A stretch of 64,000 nt of DNA, from NCBI GenBank assembly GCA_963921275.4, contig OZ001293.3, positions 3,840,001-3,904,000 of the forward strand, given 5' to 3'. The translations under genes were made by a program, and so were the position numbers. Shown in pieces: positions 61,512 to 64,000 of the stretch. The stretch's first letter is position 1. Each line of letters begins with the position of its first letter. Below the pieces are notes generated by a model. The model was not told where the DNA came from and ran no database searches. It saw only the letters and a list, made by a program, of their open reading frames with translations. The DNA comes from an uncultured Hormoscilla sp. GTDB lineage: Bacteria; Cyanobacteriota; Cyanobacteriia; Cyanobacteriales; Desertifilaceae.

Positions 61512-63056
61512 ATGACGGATAACCAGAATAATTTGGCTAACAACCAGAGTGGGTTAGATTACAACGCATTAGACGAGTTTGAGCAAAAATTTGAAGAAGA
61601 ACGAATATATTACCAGGTTCCTGGTGCAGCATTAGCGATCGTGTATGGAAACGAATTAATTAAAGCTAGTGGCTATGGCGTGCGGGACATAAAAACACAG
61701 GAACCGGTGACCGCAGAAACAGTTTTCCCGATCGGTTCAATGAGCAAATCAATGACCAGCATCATGAATGCGACCCAAGTGGAGGCCGGGATATTTGGTT
61801 GGGACACATTGGTGAAGGACATTAGCCCGCAGTTTAAGTTTGCTAATCAGCAAACCACAGACAATCTCCAGGTGCAGCACGTAATCGGGATGCGTGCTGG
61901 CATACAAGATCCGATCGGCCCTTACCACTATGCTAATAACAAATATTGGGAGGAACAGTCAGCACCGTATTTAGTCAAGTCCTTGGCCACGGCCCCTTTT
62001 CAGGCAATAACTGGAAAGGTATTTCACTACGGCAACGAATCTTATGCCAGCAGTGGTTACTTCTCTCCGTTGAAGCGGGGTTTAGAGGCATCGCAATTGC
62101 TGCAAGAATACAAGAATTTGATGCGTCAGAAGATATTTAAACCCATTGGGATGACAAAGACCAGCATTACACCAATTTGTTCAAGCATTAGTGACGACTA
62201 TGTAACAAGCTACGGACTAGATACTAGCAATGGACGGGCAAGTATGATGGCACAAGCCCCCATCAGCATTAGCAATGTTAATGGCATCGCGCCAGCAGGT
62301 CAAGTAGTCTCAAATGCTATGGACTTGAGTCTTTATGCCCGGATGTTGTTAAACAATGGTGTGGCGATTAATGGCACGCAAATCATCACCGCAGAAAGTC
62401 TGAACAAGATTTGGAGTGACACAATTGATGCCCCTGACTTCCCCGGTCTGACTAATACGACTAAATATGGTCTGGGTTGGGAGATCCAAGAAGTTGAACT
62501 AACAAACCCAAACCGCAAAATTGAGGCGATCGCCCATGGGGGTCTTCTTCCGGCTTGGGTAACTTGGCTGATGGTAGTTCCAGATCAACGTTTCGGATTG
62601 GTGGTCCTCACCAATAGTTGGTCTGGTTTCTACTTTATATTCGAGATGGCGCAGGAGTTTATGAAAGTGATTTACGGCAGCAGCAATATTGATGACTCGC
62701 AATTCATCAATTATCGTCAACAATACCAGGCATACGTCGAGGAATTGCCGAAAAAAATTCAGGAGAAAGTCTCATCATATAAAGTTCAACGGAACGAAGT
62801 AGAATCACTGTTGGGAAACTACGAAGGGGGCTGGAACGTAGAAGTAAACGAGTCAAATCAATTGGTTTTGTTTAAGTCAGGATGGGTTCATTACCTGTTT
62901 CCTAGCAAAGCGGGTCAAAACCAATACATTATCGGGGCCAGCAACGACAATATATATCTAAACGAGAAACGACATGATGTCAGCTTCTCCATTGACCCCA
63001 ATACATCAAAGATGACTATGCATTCAGCAATGGGCAACGTTGCCAAATTAGTCTAG
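61512..63056 (+). CDS. Beta-lactamase-fold serine hydrolase, paralog 4 (copy 2); copy 3 begins at 63995
   Basis: Protein identical to 59029-60573. Confidence 0.9.
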   Translation: MTDNQNNLANNQSGLDYNALDEFEQKFEEERIYYQVPGAALAIVYGNELIKASGYGVRDIKTQEPVTAETVFPIGSMSKSMTSIMNATQVEAGIFGWDTLVKDISPQFKFANQQTTDNLQVQHVIGMRAGIQDPIGPYHYANNKYWEEQSAPYLVKSLATAPFQAITGKVFHYGNESYASSGYFSPLKRGLEASQLLQEYKNLMRQKIFKPIGMTKTSITPICSSISDDYVTSYGLDTSNGRASMMAQAPISISNVNGIAPAGQVVSNAMDLSLYARMLLNNGVAINGTQIITAESLNKIWSDTIDAPDFPGLTNTTKYGLGWEIQEVELTNPNRKIEAIAHGGLLPAWVTWLMVVPDQRFGLVVLTNSWSGFYFIFEMAQEFMKVIYGSSNIDDSQFINYRQQYQAYVEELPKKIQEKVSSYKVQRNEVESLLGNYEGGWNVEVNESNQLVLFKSGWVHYLFPSKAGQNQYIIGASNDNIYLNEKRHDVSFSIDPNTSKMTMHSAMGNVAKLV

Positions 63057-64000
63057 TTTGGTAATTAGACATAAGCCTTCTGATGACCTCAGACCTCAGC
63101 CATTGACGCTGATGTCTGAGGTCTGATAGCTAAATAATGACAATTATCTGGCGTAAGCTGTCGTGCATTTAAATTGCATAGCTTCAGATCCTTGCTCTCT
63201 ATGACTTTCCCAATGCAAGAATTTTGAATGAGAGAATTTTGAATTGCTTAGAGACTGGTGAGGGAAAAAATCAGGCGATCGAAGGCTTGACAGTATGATG
63301 ATTGTTGGCTATAGTATTTTGTGACCTATAAATTTGGCCAGCTCTGTAAGTTCAAATATGATGAAGATCGAAAAGACAAGCTTATTGCTAAGCATAGGAT
63401 GTTGCATAATCATCATCTGCTTATATCTGACTAAAATTGTCCCAACGGTAGCCGCAGAGATGCCAAAGGATTTTAGTTCAAATTTGTTTGAGACTAAGTC
63501 GCTAGTTAACACTTCTGGCAACACCTATCTAATGGACAAGCATGCTTGGACAATATTTGCTCAAATCAATCAGAAAGCACCTAGACAATGTCCAGGGACA
63601 AATAATAGTATTTGGGAAACTTGGGCCGATAACGGGGAGACCTTTCTACGGGAAAAACCAACATGGGCTGGACTGTGGAAGTTGACAAGAAGAATTACCT
63701 CGTGCTGTATAAAACTGGCTGGATTTATTATTTGTTTCCCACTCAAGCAGGCCCAGTTGTTAAAGGGAAAAATCAATTCGTCATCTGGGCATCCAATCAC
63801 AACGGGTATTTGAAAGGAAAGGAAAACAAAGTTGACTTCTACATTGATTCTGTCTGGGGAGTCACCATGACATCTGCGATGGGAGAAGTGAAACGCTGGG
63901 CGGCATAATAATCACTCATGATGGGCATCTCTTGACTTGATGTCTATCTTCGAGTGACAGCATGAAGTTGAGGGATTTGCATAAGGAGAGTAGAATGACG

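Larger units (their letters stand above)
58699..64000 (+). repeat. 2,483-bp tandem amplification: two full units plus the start of a third
   Basis: Units 58699-61181, 61182-63664 and 63665 onward. Identical proteins; SNPs seen near 58850/61333 and 59973/62456. Confidence 0.96.

Noticed and set aside
42820..63056. Beta-lactam resistance genes
   Set aside because: No signal peptides, an HGG rather than KTG motif, extra C-terminal domains and an NRPS context. Likewise 22981-24579 is a CmlA-type hydroxylase, not a metallo-beta-lactamase.

Overview
Cyanobacterial DNA (dense HIP1 GCGATCGC sites, STRR/MITE-type repeats; probably a filamentous Oscillatoriales-type genome with many pseudogenes). Bases 1-5,000 hold pyruvate kinase, sfsA split by a decayed IS630, and a degraded histidine kinase/response regulator pair. 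About 6,000-64,000 is a + strand hybrid NRPS-PKS cluster. It opens with repeated sigma70-like promoters and an ORF-less group II intron. The assembly line is C-A(aromatic)-MT-T, a split KS-AT-KR-DH / ER-ACP PKS, a stand-alone C domain, a CmlA-type diiron beta-hydroxylase, inactive C-A(His)-T-E, C-A(Ile)-T, C-A(Ile-like)-T-E, and a keto-acid C-A-KR-T-TE module. An sxtI/sxtK/SGNH-like carbamoylation cassette sits inside it. Four paralogous beta-lactamase-fold serine hydrolases are interleaved. The most unusual features are: (i) a 9 x 239-bp array in which each unit carries a TTGACA-N17-TATCAT promoter, with eight mini-ORFs for the NRPS C-terminal docking peptide; (ii) a C-terminal peptide tag shared by a 62-aa ORF and two hydrolases; (iii) a 2,483-bp tandem amplification that puts a captured promoter in front of hydrolase copies. 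Substrate calls are manual Stachelhaus readings, and no database searches were run.
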